A program made the translations under genes and the position numbers. This document shows, piece after piece, positions 36,639 to 46,628 of a stretch of 64,000 nt of DNA; within the stretch, counting starts at the first letter, position 1; every line of letters starts with the position of its first letter. Source of the stretch: a virus (taxonomy: Duplodnaviria > Caudoviricetes). The stretch covers positions 21,783 to 85,782 of the IMG/VR virus record IMGVR_UViG_3300033069_001193. One strand, 5' to 3'. The notes beneath the pieces are model-generated. The model was given only the letters and a program-made list of their open reading frames with translations, was not told where the DNA came from and did no database searches.

Positions 36639-37568
36639 TCACTCGTCGCCTTCTTCCATCAGCTCGTTGAAGGCATCATCGAGAGACTTTTTCTGAACAG
36701 GTGCCGCGTCCAGGTCGGCATCAGCAACGGGCTTCTTTGCTCGCTGCTTCCGGGCAGGTTCCTCTGTCTTCTCGACGGGCTTCTCGACAGCCTTGCCTTT
36801 GATGTCCTCAGCCAGGGCATCAAGTGCGTCCTTCTTGCCTGACTCACCGCCGCGGCCCGAGCCTTCATCCTTGTTGCCGCTTTCATCGGCACCACCAGCG
36901 AGCCAGACGTTGAGGATCTGCTCGATCTCCTTCTCCGACTTGACGCTGTGAGCCAGCATGTCGTCAACGTTGGGCAGGTTGTCGAGCCACTTCTGCATGA
37001 TCTTCGGATCATCGTGCAATTTGGTCTGCTTCCGCGCCACGTCGAAGGTCCAGTCCATGACGGTCTTGCCCAGGAATTTCTTGGGCGACGGGGCGATGAT
37101 GATCTCCAGGTCAAAGCCGTCGAGCGGGTCGGTGAAGTCACCGATCGATGCCTTCATGAAGAGTGACAGCAGCCGCTGCTCCTGGAAGGTGTTGAGAGAC
37201 AGGACCTGTACGTCCTTGTCTTCCTCTCCGCGGACAACCACTGCAGCATAAGCTGCAAGCTTCGACTTCAACTTCTTGGCCAGCTCGCGGTCTTCTTGGT
37301 TCTTCGTCGAATAGAGCTTACGGATCAGGTCATAGACCGGGTCGGGCTTGCCGAACTGTGACGGGCACAGGAACCTCGGATTGTCGCCGAGGTAGTAAAA
37401 CTTCCTTTCAATGAAAGGCATTCCGTCGACCACCTGCGACGGCTTCCACGGGATGATTCGAACCAAGTGCTCGCCCGGGCCGGGCTTCCAGAGCTGAACG
37501 TTGGACGTCCTCCGCTGCCCAGTCATCTCAGCCACACGCTTCCTGATCGCATCCAAGTTGATTGCCAT
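36639..37568 (-). CDS. single-stranded DNA-binding protein (T4 gp32-like)
   Basis: LWKPGPGEHLVRIIP, FYYLG, CPSQFGKPDPV, FTDPLDGFDL; acidic C-terminal tail; clustered with recA. Confidence 0.8.
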   Translation of the reverse strand: MAINLDAIRKRVAEMTGQRRTSNVQLWKPGPGEHLVRIIPWKPSQVVDGMPFIERKFYYLGDNPRFLCPSQFGKPDPVYDLIRKLYSTKNQEDRELAKKLKSKLAAYAAVVVRGEEDKDVQVLSLNTFQEQRLLSLFMKASIGDFTDPLDGFDLEIIIAPSPKKFLGKTVMDWTFDVARKQTKLHDDPKIMQKWLDNLPNVDDMLAHSVKSEKEIEQILNVWLAGGADESGNKDEGSGRGGESGKKDALDALAEDIKGKAVEKPVEKTEEPARKQRAKKPVADADLDAAPVQKKSLDDAFNELMEEGDE

Positions 37569-37667
37569 GTTCCTCTGTCCTCTGTCCTCTGGAAACGGGA
37601 TCACTCTCACCGCAGCATTGCGGCTTGGCCAATCCTATCTCCTCGCCTTCTGTTGTTCAATCGAAGT

Positions 37668-37703
37668 GAAGAAAAGGCCCGGCTGCGTTCTGCCTGCCGG
37701 GCC
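37668..37703 (-). terminator. rho-independent terminator
   Basis: GGCCCGGC / GCCGGGCC stem followed by TTTTCTT on the minus strand, just after the 37711 stop. Confidence 0.7.
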
Positions 37704-37710
37704 CTCATCA

Positions 37711-37932
37711 CTACCTCTGTTGCGACTTCCGCTGCCCACCCAAGGGTCCCGTGTGTCCCATCACTGCCCCTCCGCCAACGCCACAGAACTCGTTGAAACC
37801 TTCTTCTGAAGGTTCGTCTGACTCGTTGCCCGCTTCTTCGCCGCCGTCCACTGGTAGGAGCTGGTTCGGAACCCGCGCCTGTGATTCTCGCACCGCTAGC
37901 CTAATGTAGGTAGCGAGCAATTCCTTGCTCAT
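37711..37932 (-). CDS. leader-bearing small acidic protein
   Basis: MSKELLATYIRLAVRE leader; own late element and own terminator. Confidence 0.7.
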   Translation of the reverse strand: MSKELLATYIRLAVRESQARVPNQLLPVDGGEEAGNESDEPSEEGFNEFCGVGGGAVMGHTGPLGGQRKSQQR

Positions 37933-37937
37933 GCCAG

Positions 37938-37944
37938 TAAGTAT
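37938..37944 (-). promoter_or_regulatory. putative late promoter ATACTTA
   Basis: 5 nt upstream of the ATG at 37932. Confidence 0.6.
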
Positions 37945-37983
37945 GCCGCCGCGAGGCTTGGATGCGATCCACTTAGTTCGTGG

Positions 37984-38601
37984 TCATTCCTTTTCGGCCG
38001 GCCAGACGTTGGAGCCCTTCTCATCCATCGTCGATACGTAATCAGCCGTCATCACGCCGTAGACGAGAGGCGACACCTTTAGGCAATATGCCCTGTTGGG
38101 TTCCCAGACGAAGCCGTCATTGCAGCGGATCGCCAGCCACTCCTCCGCCGTCAGCTTGACACCGTAGTGTTGCATGATGAAAACGCTGCGATCAGGTGTC
38201 GTCAGGTACTGCAGGTCGTTGTTGTAAGCGTAGACCTCACCCTTGGAGCGCTTCCAGCTGTCGCTCTGCTCGACATAGAAGTCAAGGCCGCGATCCTTGC
38301 CCGGCAGGCCCACCTTGCCCACATCGTGAAACAGAGCCGATAGGATCATGCTCTGCTTGGACAGGTTCCAACCGAAGGCCGAGTTAAGTGAGACCAAGCG
38401 GTTGAGGACCCGCAGGCTGTGGTCGACCAGGCCACCTGGAAAGGCACCGTGGTATTCAAGACGGGCGGAGGCCGGGCACGTCGCCAAGCGCTCGTCCATT
38501 TCCTCGAGCAGTCCCTTGACTGCTGTCGTCCGATCACCCAGCTTTCCGCATAGGCTCTCGAATTTGTTCCAGTTCCTTTCGATCTCTTCGGGCGTCAGCA
38601 T
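37984..38601 (-). CDS. HD-domain phosphohydrolase (YhaM/CBF1-like)
   Basis: YHGAFPGGLVDHSLRV, ALFHDVGK. Confidence 0.85.
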   Translation of the reverse strand: MLTPEEIERNWNKFESLCGKLGDRTTAVKGLLEEMDERLATCPASARLEYHGAFPGGLVDHSLRVLNRLVSLNSAFGWNLSKQSMILSALFHDVGKVGLPGKDRGLDFYVEQSDSWKRSKGEVYAYNNDLQYLTTPDRSVFIMQHYGVKLTAEEWLAIRCNDGFVWEPNRAYCLKVSPLVYGVMTADYVSTMDEKGSNVWPAEKE

Positions 38602-38662
38602 GTCTCTTCTGCCTCCGGGCTATTGTCGCTTGACAGAAGCTACCTTGTAACGGTGCGACTGT

Positions 38663-39868
38663 TCAACTGCTCACCTTCTCAAGGCGCAGAATGAACTTTT
38701 GTACGTATCCTGGCACTTTCACATGGGTGATGGCTGCGACTGCTGGCATATCGTCCTCGTGAACGTCCAAGATGATCGCATCGTGCAGCAGGAAAACAGG
38801 CCGAACACGAGGTGCCTCAGTCGCAAGTCGGTCGACCACCTGCCTGAAACCGAGCATCGTCACGTCAACGCCCGTAGACTGACCGTAGTAGGCGATGAAG
38901 ATGTGATCCAACGGCTCGTCGACTTCGACTGGGCGACCGTAACGGTTGCTGATCTTTCCCGTCGCCACGAACTGGGCCTTAATGCGGGCCAACAACTCCT
39001 TGGTGTTGAAGTACGCCTGTACCGTGCTGATGAATGCATCAAGTTCGGGACCTGAGATTCCGAGCCGCTGACCCAAGGCCCACTTGCTGCTACCGTACAA
39101 CAGGCTGAGAACAGCAGTCTTCACCGCATTCCTGTCGTGACCAATCTCGCCTGCGATTGTCCCGTAGAGGTCAACTTCTTCACAACGCCTTCCGTGTTCA
39201 TAGAGCAGGATGCGTGCCTCCAAGGCCGCAAAGTCGAGAGCGACAATGCTGCCACGTTCACCAAAGGCAGATCGCATCAGGCTGCGATGCTTCTTCTTCA
39301 GCGTTAGGATCTGCGGGCCCGACCTGACCGTCAATCGACCCGTCAAGGTTCGAAATCGGTCGTAGTCGACCTCACGGGCCAGGCCGTCATCGTCAGGTTG
39401 AAATGACCGCGTCGCGGCAACGTTACCCTCTCCCACGTCCACTAGCCGCTGCCAGGTCCCTGCATCAACCCTGCACCTGTTCAGTGACCGGAAGATGCCG
39501 TTTCCGGGCACCCAGACCGTCCTGTAATAATCGAGCGGGGCTGTGGCCATGGCCACAGCCACCTCACTTGTCAGTCTTTTCGTGAAGGCAAGGTGGGCCC
39601 AACGCGGCATCACTCGTTGCCACGGCACGGAATGGTCACCCATCAATAGTGACATCTCCTTGACGAAGGACGCCGGCGGCAACAGATGCGGCACGTTACC
39701 TCCCAAGCGCAAGGCAGTATCTAGGCACCAGTCGCTGTCATCCTTTGTCTGGCCCGACAGGTGCCAAGTGTCCTTGGGCAGCCGGGAGGCCCACCCAAAG
39801 GAATTGTCGTCAGCGACCAGGTGTTCCTTGGTGCCGATCAACCGGCGATCGATGCAGAAGCGGGGCAC
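38663..39868 (-). CDS. minimal family-A DNA polymerase (polymerase domain only)
   Basis: Motif A DFAALEARIL, motif B KTAVLSLLYG, motif C LLHDAII; TLTGRL; no recognisable exonuclease domains. Confidence 0.8.
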   Translation of the reverse strand: MPRFCIDRRLIGTKEHLVADDNSFGWASRLPKDTWHLSGQTKDDSDWCLDTALRLGGNVPHLLPPASFVKEMSLLMGDHSVPWQRVMPRWAHLAFTKRLTSEVAVAMATAPLDYYRTVWVPGNGIFRSLNRCRVDAGTWQRLVDVGEGNVAATRSFQPDDDGLAREVDYDRFRTLTGRLTVRSGPQILTLKKKHRSLMRSAFGERGSIVALDFAALEARILLYEHGRRCEEVDLYGTIAGEIGHDRNAVKTAVLSLLYGSSKWALGQRLGISGPELDAFISTVQAYFNTKELLARIKAQFVATGKISNRYGRPVEVDEPLDHIFIAYYGQSTGVDVTMLGFRQVVDRLATEAPRVRPVFLLHDAIILDVHEDDMPAVAAITHVKVPGYVQKFILRLEKVSS

Positions 39869-39905
39869 CCCTTCATCATACTGCCTGCCGGCCCACCTCT
39901 ACATC

Positions 39906-42794
39906 TCAAGTGGTCGCAGCCATGTTAGTCGATAGTTGGGCCAGTTGGTCAACCACGTTGGGCGCGCCCTCGAAGACGCCGTAGCCGTCTGAGTAGGCGA
40001 ATGTCCACTGTGTCTCAAACTTACCTGGACTGAAGTTGTGGCTCAGGTGGGTCAGGATGTAGAGGTTATCGAGGGTGGTCCCGGTCTGAAAATCGATGAA
40101 GTACTGCTGAGCCATCGTCGCCAACGGACAACCCTTCGTTGTCATGGTCAGTTGGGCCGGGATGACGCGCAGCGGGATGCCCAGGTCGCCTGAACCGTTG
40201 GGGTGCGCCGTGTTGCGCTTGGCCTGTGAATTGAGCAAGTTACGAGTCCCGACCAGCGGGTTGGCCTTAGACGTCACGTTGACAGAAGTGATCGTCGAGC
40301 CGTTGGCACCAAACCGAATGGTGGGCACTGTCTTGGAGATGACATCCTTGATCTGTTGGTTAGTCCCAAATGAGCCCAGCTCAGTCACAGAAATGACGCC
40401 AGAATTTTTATCGGCCTTGAACTTGGCCTTGGTTGCTGCACTGATCGCTTGCAGGGTAGCACCCGCAGGCTGGTGGTAGGTCGCCGCGTAGGAGTCGACG
40501 TTCTGATTGAGGTGGATGAAGCCATCATTGTCTTCGGAACGCAGCAACTGAGCCGCCGTCCGGTAAGGAGACGTCTGCTTGTCGTAGACATGGAACCGCA
40601 TGATCTTGCGAGTCGCCTTACCTTGTGACGTCCGGATGGGTTGAGAGGCCGCATCGACGGCCGAATAGCTCATCATCTGCAGGATGTCATTGTCGCCGTC
40701 ATCGGACACCTTCTCGTGCGACATTTCGACGTACATCTCGATCTGCGGCTGCCGGAAAGGCCCATATTTTTTGATGTAATCGGCATGGCGACTCTCGAAT
40801 TGGCCCTCAGAGTCCTTTCCCTTCTTCAACTGTGGCTCGTCGCCTTTCTTCCAGGGTTGGTACAGGTCGCTAAAACCGTAGCCGATGGCTCGTGGGTCAG
40901 TGAACTGGACATCGACGATGAGTGCCATGAAGTCTTCTAGCTTGACGCGGTCGCTGCCACGTTCCTTGACCATGTCAGTGAACTGCGACATGAAGTCGTC
41001 GATCTTGATCGGAAACTCGGCGATGGCATGGTTGGAAACAGGTCCGGCCTGTTCGTTGATGTTATAGAAGAAGACCTGAACTTCATCGAACGCCGAGTGC
41101 AACGACGACACCGCACGCAGAGCGAAGACGCTGAACATCTTGCCGAAAGAAACCACCTTGCGCTGTTTAGAGCCTTTGTTGACTGAGTCGCACAAGGCCG
41201 TCAACTCTTCTCCCAAGCCCTTGCCTGAGGCGGGTAGGAATGGGTCCGGACCTGTCCGGACCTCATCGAACATCTCGCCCACCGTCTTGGTCACCACCTT
41301 TTCGTATCGCTCCTTGTGGACGAACTTGGTCTTGTTGCCGTCGGCCTTGTAAAGACCTTGTAAGGCGGTGACCAGGCCCGTCAGGGCGTCCTTGTCGATG
41401 TCCTTCTTGGACGACAGGCCTTTCTTCAACGCTGCGATGTTCTTTTGGATGTCGTCAGGCTTCAGGTTCGGGAACTCGCCCACCTCGGCCGCGTCCAAGA
41501 TCTGGTAGGCCCGAATCTCCTTGTTGAGACCGGTCGGGGAGTCCAGCTTCAGTTGTCGGCGATAACGAGAAATCTGCTCGATGAGCGACTTGATCTCCCC
41601 CGTGACGAAGCCCATGTCACCGTACTGGTCAGTGATCTTCAGGTCCCTGACCTCACTGACGCCCTTGGTGAACAGTTCCAGGTTGATAGTCACCGTGCCG
41701 TTCTGGTCAAAGCTGAAGCTCGAGTTCTTGATGAAGTACGGCTCGCGCATCAACAGATTGTTGTTGACGTAGTCGAAGTACAGATTCTGCCCAGTCCGAA
41801 CGGGCGCGCGCCAGCCGTACGTCAGCCACAGGGTGACGCCTTGGTAGATGTTGACGCGGATCAAATCTGAGATCTCTGCCAAACGCGAACGGTCGTGCAA
41901 CTTCAACGTCATGTTAGCCTGCTTGTAGCAGAAGAAGCCGGCGCCCGAAGGCTTTGACGTGATGGTGACGTGGTCCAGCGACATGAACGGACGGAACGGG
42001 TCCAGCACGTCGGTGTATCGAACGCCATTGGTGCCGACGTCCAGGTTGGGCTGCGGGTTGACCAGCGTCTGCGGGGAGGTGAACAGCTCCATGCCGGCGT
42101 GATCGAGCTCGGTCGGGTTGGCTGTGGCCAGGTCGACGAACTCATTGCCTTCTACCATTGCCGTCGTTGATGCACCCATCGACGAACGCTTGGCACCGCC
42201 CAGCAAAAACCGCAGTAGACCAGGCGACTGCAGTGAGTCGGATGGGCTGCGCTTGAAGTCAAACTCGACCTGCATCAGCGGCACCAGCTGGGCCAACACC
42301 GTGTTGGGCATCGAGTTGAGGAAGACCTCGGCCCGTTTGGTGTTCCGCGTCATCGGGCTGAAGAAAGGTGACCGGCTCAGGATGACAGAGACCCGAGGAG
42401 GCTGGGCTGCGCCTGCCGGAAACTGAAAATTCTTGCCGAGGACCTCCTTCAGGCTGGTGACAGTGGTAGGCGGCGCCGCGCCGGAGATCTGAGCCTTGGC
42501 CGTGCCCGGTCCCAAAAGTGGGCACCCCGCGTCTGTCCAGATCGTCAGGAACTTTGACAAATCGACAGCACCCAATTCAGGCGACTTGGCCTTCAGCCCG
42601 TTGATCTTCTTGATGAGATCGTCAATGCCCAATACACCGCGGCCGTTATTCTCCAACAAACGCAACAACTCAGCGAAGGCGTTGTCAACTTCTGTCAGTG
42701 GACCGCCCAACTGTGGTTGGACCGTGCCGACCAGGTCGGCTGGCTGGAACATCTCGAAGAGATGTTCGACCTTGGAAAAGTCAGCTACTGGCAT
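39906..42794 (-). CDS. baseplate hub-like structural protein
   Basis: 962 aa, directly after the LysM baseplate gene in the tail operon; beta-rich hub-like segments; assignment is by synteny. Confidence 0.55.
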   Translation of the reverse strand: MPVADFSKVEHLFEMFQPADLVGTVQPQLGGPLTEVDNAFAELLRLLENNGRGVLGIDDLIKKINGLKAKSPELGAVDLSKFLTIWTDAGCPLLGPGTAKAQISGAAPPTTVTSLKEVLGKNFQFPAGAAQPPRVSVILSRSPFFSPMTRNTKRAEVFLNSMPNTVLAQLVPLMQVEFDFKRSPSDSLQSPGLLRFLLGGAKRSSMGASTTAMVEGNEFVDLATANPTELDHAGMELFTSPQTLVNPQPNLDVGTNGVRYTDVLDPFRPFMSLDHVTITSKPSGAGFFCYKQANMTLKLHDRSRLAEISDLIRVNIYQGVTLWLTYGWRAPVRTGQNLYFDYVNNNLLMREPYFIKNSSFSFDQNGTVTINLELFTKGVSEVRDLKITDQYGDMGFVTGEIKSLIEQISRYRRQLKLDSPTGLNKEIRAYQILDAAEVGEFPNLKPDDIQKNIAALKKGLSSKKDIDKDALTGLVTALQGLYKADGNKTKFVHKERYEKVVTKTVGEMFDEVRTGPDPFLPASGKGLGEELTALCDSVNKGSKQRKVVSFGKMFSVFALRAVSSLHSAFDEVQVFFYNINEQAGPVSNHAIAEFPIKIDDFMSQFTDMVKERGSDRVKLEDFMALIVDVQFTDPRAIGYGFSDLYQPWKKGDEPQLKKGKDSEGQFESRHADYIKKYGPFRQPQIEMYVEMSHEKVSDDGDNDILQMMSYSAVDAASQPIRTSQGKATRKIMRFHVYDKQTSPYRTAAQLLRSEDNDGFIHLNQNVDSYAATYHQPAGATLQAISAATKAKFKADKNSGVISVTELGSFGTNQQIKDVISKTVPTIRFGANGSTITSVNVTSKANPLVGTRNLLNSQAKRNTAHPNGSGDLGIPLRVIPAQLTMTTKGCPLATMAQQYFIDFQTGTTLDNLYILTHLSHNFSPGKFETQWTFAYSDGYGVFEGAPNVVDQLAQLSTNMAATT

Positions 42795-42797
42795 GCG

Positions 42798-43091
42798 TCA
42801 TCCCACCAGGGCCGCTACGGCCCCCAAGTCGACCACGTTGATGACGGTCCCGGGCGGGACCTGTAGGCCCCAGCCGACGTTGCTAGACGCTGCAAGCACC
42901 CACCAGTACCTGCCGTCGCCGTACAGAACACCGGCGAGGGTGTCAAGCCGCTCTCGTCCACGAATGACGATGGGCCTGACCTGCAGCTGTCCGTTGGCTA
43001 CAGCGGCTTGGATCACCTCTCGGGTCCGACTAGTGCCGAATTGGCTGCCAAAACTCAGGATAGGTGACCTTGCGTACCTAGAGAATGCCAT
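42798..43091 (-). CDS. LysM-like baseplate wedge protein (gpX/gp53-like)
   Basis: ERLDTLAGVLYGDGRYWWVLAASS...VPPGTVI. Confidence 0.85.
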   Translation of the reverse strand: MAFSRYARSPILSFGSQFGTSRTREVIQAAVANGQLQVRPIVIRGRERLDTLAGVLYGDGRYWWVLAASSNVGWGLQVPPGTVINVVDLGAVAALVG

Positions 43092-46000
43092 CAGGTGCTA
43101 GCTCCGGTTGTCGTCGCGTCATATTGTTGGGCCATCAGGCCCACAGGATAGACAGGTGCCCTGTTCGCGCCGAAGTGATCTAGACCTGGCGTGATGTCGT
43201 GGATTGGGCTAAACGATAGCGTGACCTTGCACATCTTAGGCGCGGTCCTGCCCAAGGTCGTCTCCCAGGTCACCTTGTCGTACCAGTCGAAATTCATCGT
43301 CTCGATGAAGCCTGCCAGGCCCTTGCCGCCCGTGTCGCGGAACGACTTGGCCAAGGCATTGGAGTTCGCTCCGTTGGCCAACAAGAAGTTACTGACTTCA
43401 GTTCCGAAAGGCGACCCGCCAGCAGCGCTAAGCGTCTTCTGTGCGATGTCGGTCTTTGTCTTTTGTGTCGGGGTCAAGCACGCGATCGGAATCGAGTAGG
43501 TGCCTCCGATGTAGTTCTGCAGCGGCTTGCTTGGGTCACCGAATTGCAACTTGGCCGCCGCGATCGCATGCGCGTAGGCTGCTGAGTACGCGGGATCGTC
43601 GTTAAGCATCACCTCGCAGATCAGCTGCGTGCTGCCAGCCTGAATGGCCGCGTCATCAGAGGGAGAAGCCGGGTCAACGCCCTTGGCCTTGACAGACAAC
43701 AGCCCGGTTGGAGCTGCAGATGGGTTAAACTGCGGCGCGAACTTGGGACCCGATGAGCTGCCCAGTGCCGGAACGGGCGGGCCGGGCATGCCAGCGCCGG
43801 AACCTGGGTCGATGAATGGGTAGATGCCAGGTGACACGTAGTACGTCTCGTCAGCTGGGCTGCTGAAGGCCTGCTGCAACGCCTGAGTGTACTTCTGCAT
43901 GTCATCGTCGCTTAGGACGGGCGTATCGTCTGTCATGCCGTTGAGGGTGAAACCATCGTTGCCCAAACCGAAGAGACGGGCCAAGCCAAAGCGTGAGTAG
44001 TTGGATTTCAACAGGTCACCCAGACGCAGGCGGATCATCGGGGAAGCACCGATCAGCTGGCTGAAAGGCTGCGTGAACTTGTAGCTTGATCCGTCAGATG
44101 ATGCCAGCTGGATACCCTTGGTGAACTGTGGATAGACCAGAGTGACCAGCTTGTTGATCTTCACCCACATCTCGTCGAAGTCCTGCAGAGAAGTGGCAAC
44201 CACGTAGAACGACAGGCTGATCCTGCGTTCGGTGCCACGGTATGTCCGGACTGGTTCCACCCGTCCGTAGCCTTCGGTCTTCTCGTAAGAGGCCGAGAAG
44301 TCGTCTGTCATCGAGGCCAAAAAGGCGTGGAACGCCACCATCTCGTTGGTTCGCAGGTCGTGGAAGTAGAACGGGACGTACTCCGCGTCCAGCATTGTCT
44401 CAAAAGCCAGCGCAGTATCGGTGTCGATACGTGGCGTCGATTCTAGCACCTTTGCCCGTACCCTCGACAACGGATCACTGTTGGAACCCAACAACGGATC
44501 GGGCTGCCCCAGACCAGAGATGACGAGGCTCGGGCCCAAGATGTTGGTGGGCAGCAGCAATTGGGCCGGTGCCCGGTTGGATGCCCAGGCCAGCTTCAGG
44601 CCGCCCTTCAACCTGTTTTTGTTGACGCCGTTGGCCAAGGTATTGTCGATTTGGTCCTGCTGTGACACCTTGAGACCACCCAGGGCATCGATGTCAATGA
44701 AGTCCTTAGGTAGGACCAGGATGGCGTCGCCCAACATGGCGAAGATGTTGCAGGCCGCAATCAGCTTCGACTCACGGATAGTGTCCATCAAGGCCAAGAT
44801 CTGGTTGATGGCATTCATCGGGTTGCCACCGATCTTCTTGGCCTGCTCGACGATGGCGATGCCGCCCCTCAGGATGGCACGGATGACGACGACATTGAAA
44901 CCGGGGCTGTCGATGCTGGTGGCCAGGACGCCTAGTAACTGGCCACCGATGCCCGCGTCCTGCGGCAGGCCGAAGAAGGCGTTGGCGCCCACTGACAAGG
45001 CCTGGCTGAATGGAAAGTTAGTTGGTTGGATCCCCAGCAGGGCGCCGAAATTGAGCGAGCCCGCCGCGGCGACTGCACCGCCGATCCCACCGCCAGCTGC
45101 CTTGCGTGCCTGCTTCTGACCTGCGTAGTACTCGCCCAGGCTGTACCTGCCTTGTGCGTCGTGGTTGGGCTTCTTGGACTGTGAGGTGATCAGGCCCAAC
45201 AGGGCACTGATGCCGTCGATCAGCAACTCCAAAGCCCCCACCAACGCGATCGACAGGATCGACATACCGATAGCGTCCATGCCCGAGAACGGATCGGCCG
45301 CGTTGTTGAGGGCACCCCACGAACTGGATCCTGGGCTGATGACGAACGAACCCTTCAGGGCCTCGTCGGTCAGGCCTTCGCCCAAGATGTCGGCAGCGTA
45401 CATGGTCACAGCATCGATCTTGGTGATGCCCAGCTGGGCAGCGCCCGGCAGCAACCCGGCCTTGGCCTGTTGGCCGCCTGAGTTAGGATCTACCTTGGGA
45501 GAGTTGGCACCCAATTCCTTGCTGGCACGTTGTGTCAGCAGCGGGCCGATGGTGGCTAGCTGCTCAAAGCTAACGCCCTTCGCCGACGGGTTGTAGGCGC
45601 CCAATCTGTTCTGTCTTGGCAGTTTAGGGTTGAAGCCTGACGCACCAAAGTCAGAAATCACCGGCGTCTCGGGGTAGAAAGCCTCAGCCGCGCTCGAGAA
45701 GCGGTTGTTCTTCAAGACAGCAGAGATGTAAGGTTTGACCACGCCTGTGGTGTCCGGGTGGCCCGTCAAAGGTTTGGGCGCCTTTGACGGGCCAGAACCC
45801 GTCAGCTTGCCACCTTCTGCTGAGTGTTCTACATCACCGGGTAACCCAGGTAGCAGGTCATTGCCGTCAGTCTTACCTTGGTCGCCCTTGCCTTTGCGAA
45901 AGTCGCTGCCTAGCTTGGTGAAGTCCTTGCTCAGGGCACTCAGAGCCTGCTCATCGGTAACGAAAGCCTTGCTGTTGCCAACGCCAGCCGCACCGGGGGT

Positions 46001-46318
46001 CTGCAGGGCCGGATTACCCAACTTGGTCATCGTCGACTGCGGCTTGTAGCCTGCATCGACAGGGTACTGGTTGGGGATGGCAGTGTTGGTGCCCTTGCCT
46101 GACGTCAGGTCGCTGAGGTACTGTGCCAGCGTAGTCTTCGTCTTCGCCGTCAGGTCCTTGGGCCGACCGCTCTCGTCGACGTACCCAGCAGAAACGTCTA
46201 CGCCAGGCTCGTATGGACCCTGTGACCCACCGTCGGCCTCTGTCAGGCCGACATCATAGGTGTACGTCTGTCCCTTGACGTCAAAGCCGCCCGGTCCTGT
46301 GTCAATCGATGAACCCAT
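43091..46318 (-). CDS. baseplate / tail tube initiator-like protein
   Basis: PFYFHDLRTN...YGRVEPVRTYRGTERRISLSF...INKLVTLVYP tube-initiator-like domain inside a 1075-aa protein. Confidence 0.65.
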   Translation of the reverse strand: MGSSIDTGPGGFDVKGQTYTYDVGLTEADGGSQGPYEPGVDVSAGYVDESGRPKDLTAKTKTTLAQYLSDLTSGKGTNTAIPNQYPVDAGYKPQSTMTKLGNPALQTPGAAGVGNSKAFVTDEQALSALSKDFTKLGSDFRKGKGDQGKTDGNDLLPGLPGDVEHSAEGGKLTGSGPSKAPKPLTGHPDTTGVVKPYISAVLKNNRFSSAAEAFYPETPVISDFGASGFNPKLPRQNRLGAYNPSAKGVSFEQLATIGPLLTQRASKELGANSPKVDPNSGGQQAKAGLLPGAAQLGITKIDAVTMYAADILGEGLTDEALKGSFVISPGSSSWGALNNAADPFSGMDAIGMSILSIALVGALELLIDGISALLGLITSQSKKPNHDAQGRYSLGEYYAGQKQARKAAGGGIGGAVAAAGSLNFGALLGIQPTNFPFSQALSVGANAFFGLPQDAGIGGQLLGVLATSIDSPGFNVVVIRAILRGGIAIVEQAKKIGGNPMNAINQILALMDTIRESKLIAACNIFAMLGDAILVLPKDFIDIDALGGLKVSQQDQIDNTLANGVNKNRLKGGLKLAWASNRAPAQLLLPTNILGPSLVISGLGQPDPLLGSNSDPLSRVRAKVLESTPRIDTDTALAFETMLDAEYVPFYFHDLRTNEMVAFHAFLASMTDDFSASYEKTEGYGRVEPVRTYRGTERRISLSFYVVATSLQDFDEMWVKINKLVTLVYPQFTKGIQLASSDGSSYKFTQPFSQLIGASPMIRLRLGDLLKSNYSRFGLARLFGLGNDGFTLNGMTDDTPVLSDDDMQKYTQALQQAFSSPADETYYVSPGIYPFIDPGSGAGMPGPPVPALGSSSGPKFAPQFNPSAAPTGLLSVKAKGVDPASPSDDAAIQAGSTQLICEVMLNDDPAYSAAYAHAIAAAKLQFGDPSKPLQNYIGGTYSIPIACLTPTQKTKTDIAQKTLSAAGGSPFGTEVSNFLLANGANSNALAKSFRDTGGKGLAGFIETMNFDWYDKVTWETTLGRTAPKMCKVTLSFSPIHDITPGLDHFGANRAPVYPVGLMAQQYDATTTGAST

Positions 46319-46321
46319 CCG

Positions 46322-46609
46322 TCACCCCGCGGAGCCAGATGATGCGGGCTCGCTACCAGTAACTACCCCTCGCTGCTCATTGACTGCCCGACCTAGGCGT
46401 TCAGCGAAGGTAGGATCCTTCTGAGCCTGGTCGATGATGGGTGCCAGGATCTCAGCCCAACCTCCGACGAACTCAGTGACTAGCGATGCCACCAGGCGGC
46501 GCTCTTCAGGAGTCCGCGCGCGGGTGAGGGCCTGCTTGTACTTGTCGTTTTCATAGAGCTGCTTGAGGAAGTCTTTGCTGTTACGTGGGACAACGTTCGC
46601 CTTTGCCAT
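46322..46609 (-). CDS. hypothetical protein (tail operon)
   Basis: 95-aa ORF between the tape measure and baseplate genes. Confidence 0.7.
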   Translation of the reverse strand: MAKANVVPRNSKDFLKQLYENDKYKQALTRARTPEERRLVASLVTEFVGGWAEILAPIIDQAQKDPTFAERLGRAVNEQRGVVTGSEPASSGSAG

Positions 46610-46628
46610 GGGCTGACTCTACTTCACG

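Noticed and set aside
7870-39900. A single early/middle promoter consensus (for example GTGCAC-N17-TACAGT near 12830 and TGTAGA-N17-TATGAT near 39890)
   Set aside because: Sigma70-like -10 boxes recur, but the upstream hexamer and spacing vary too much to support one motif without computation.
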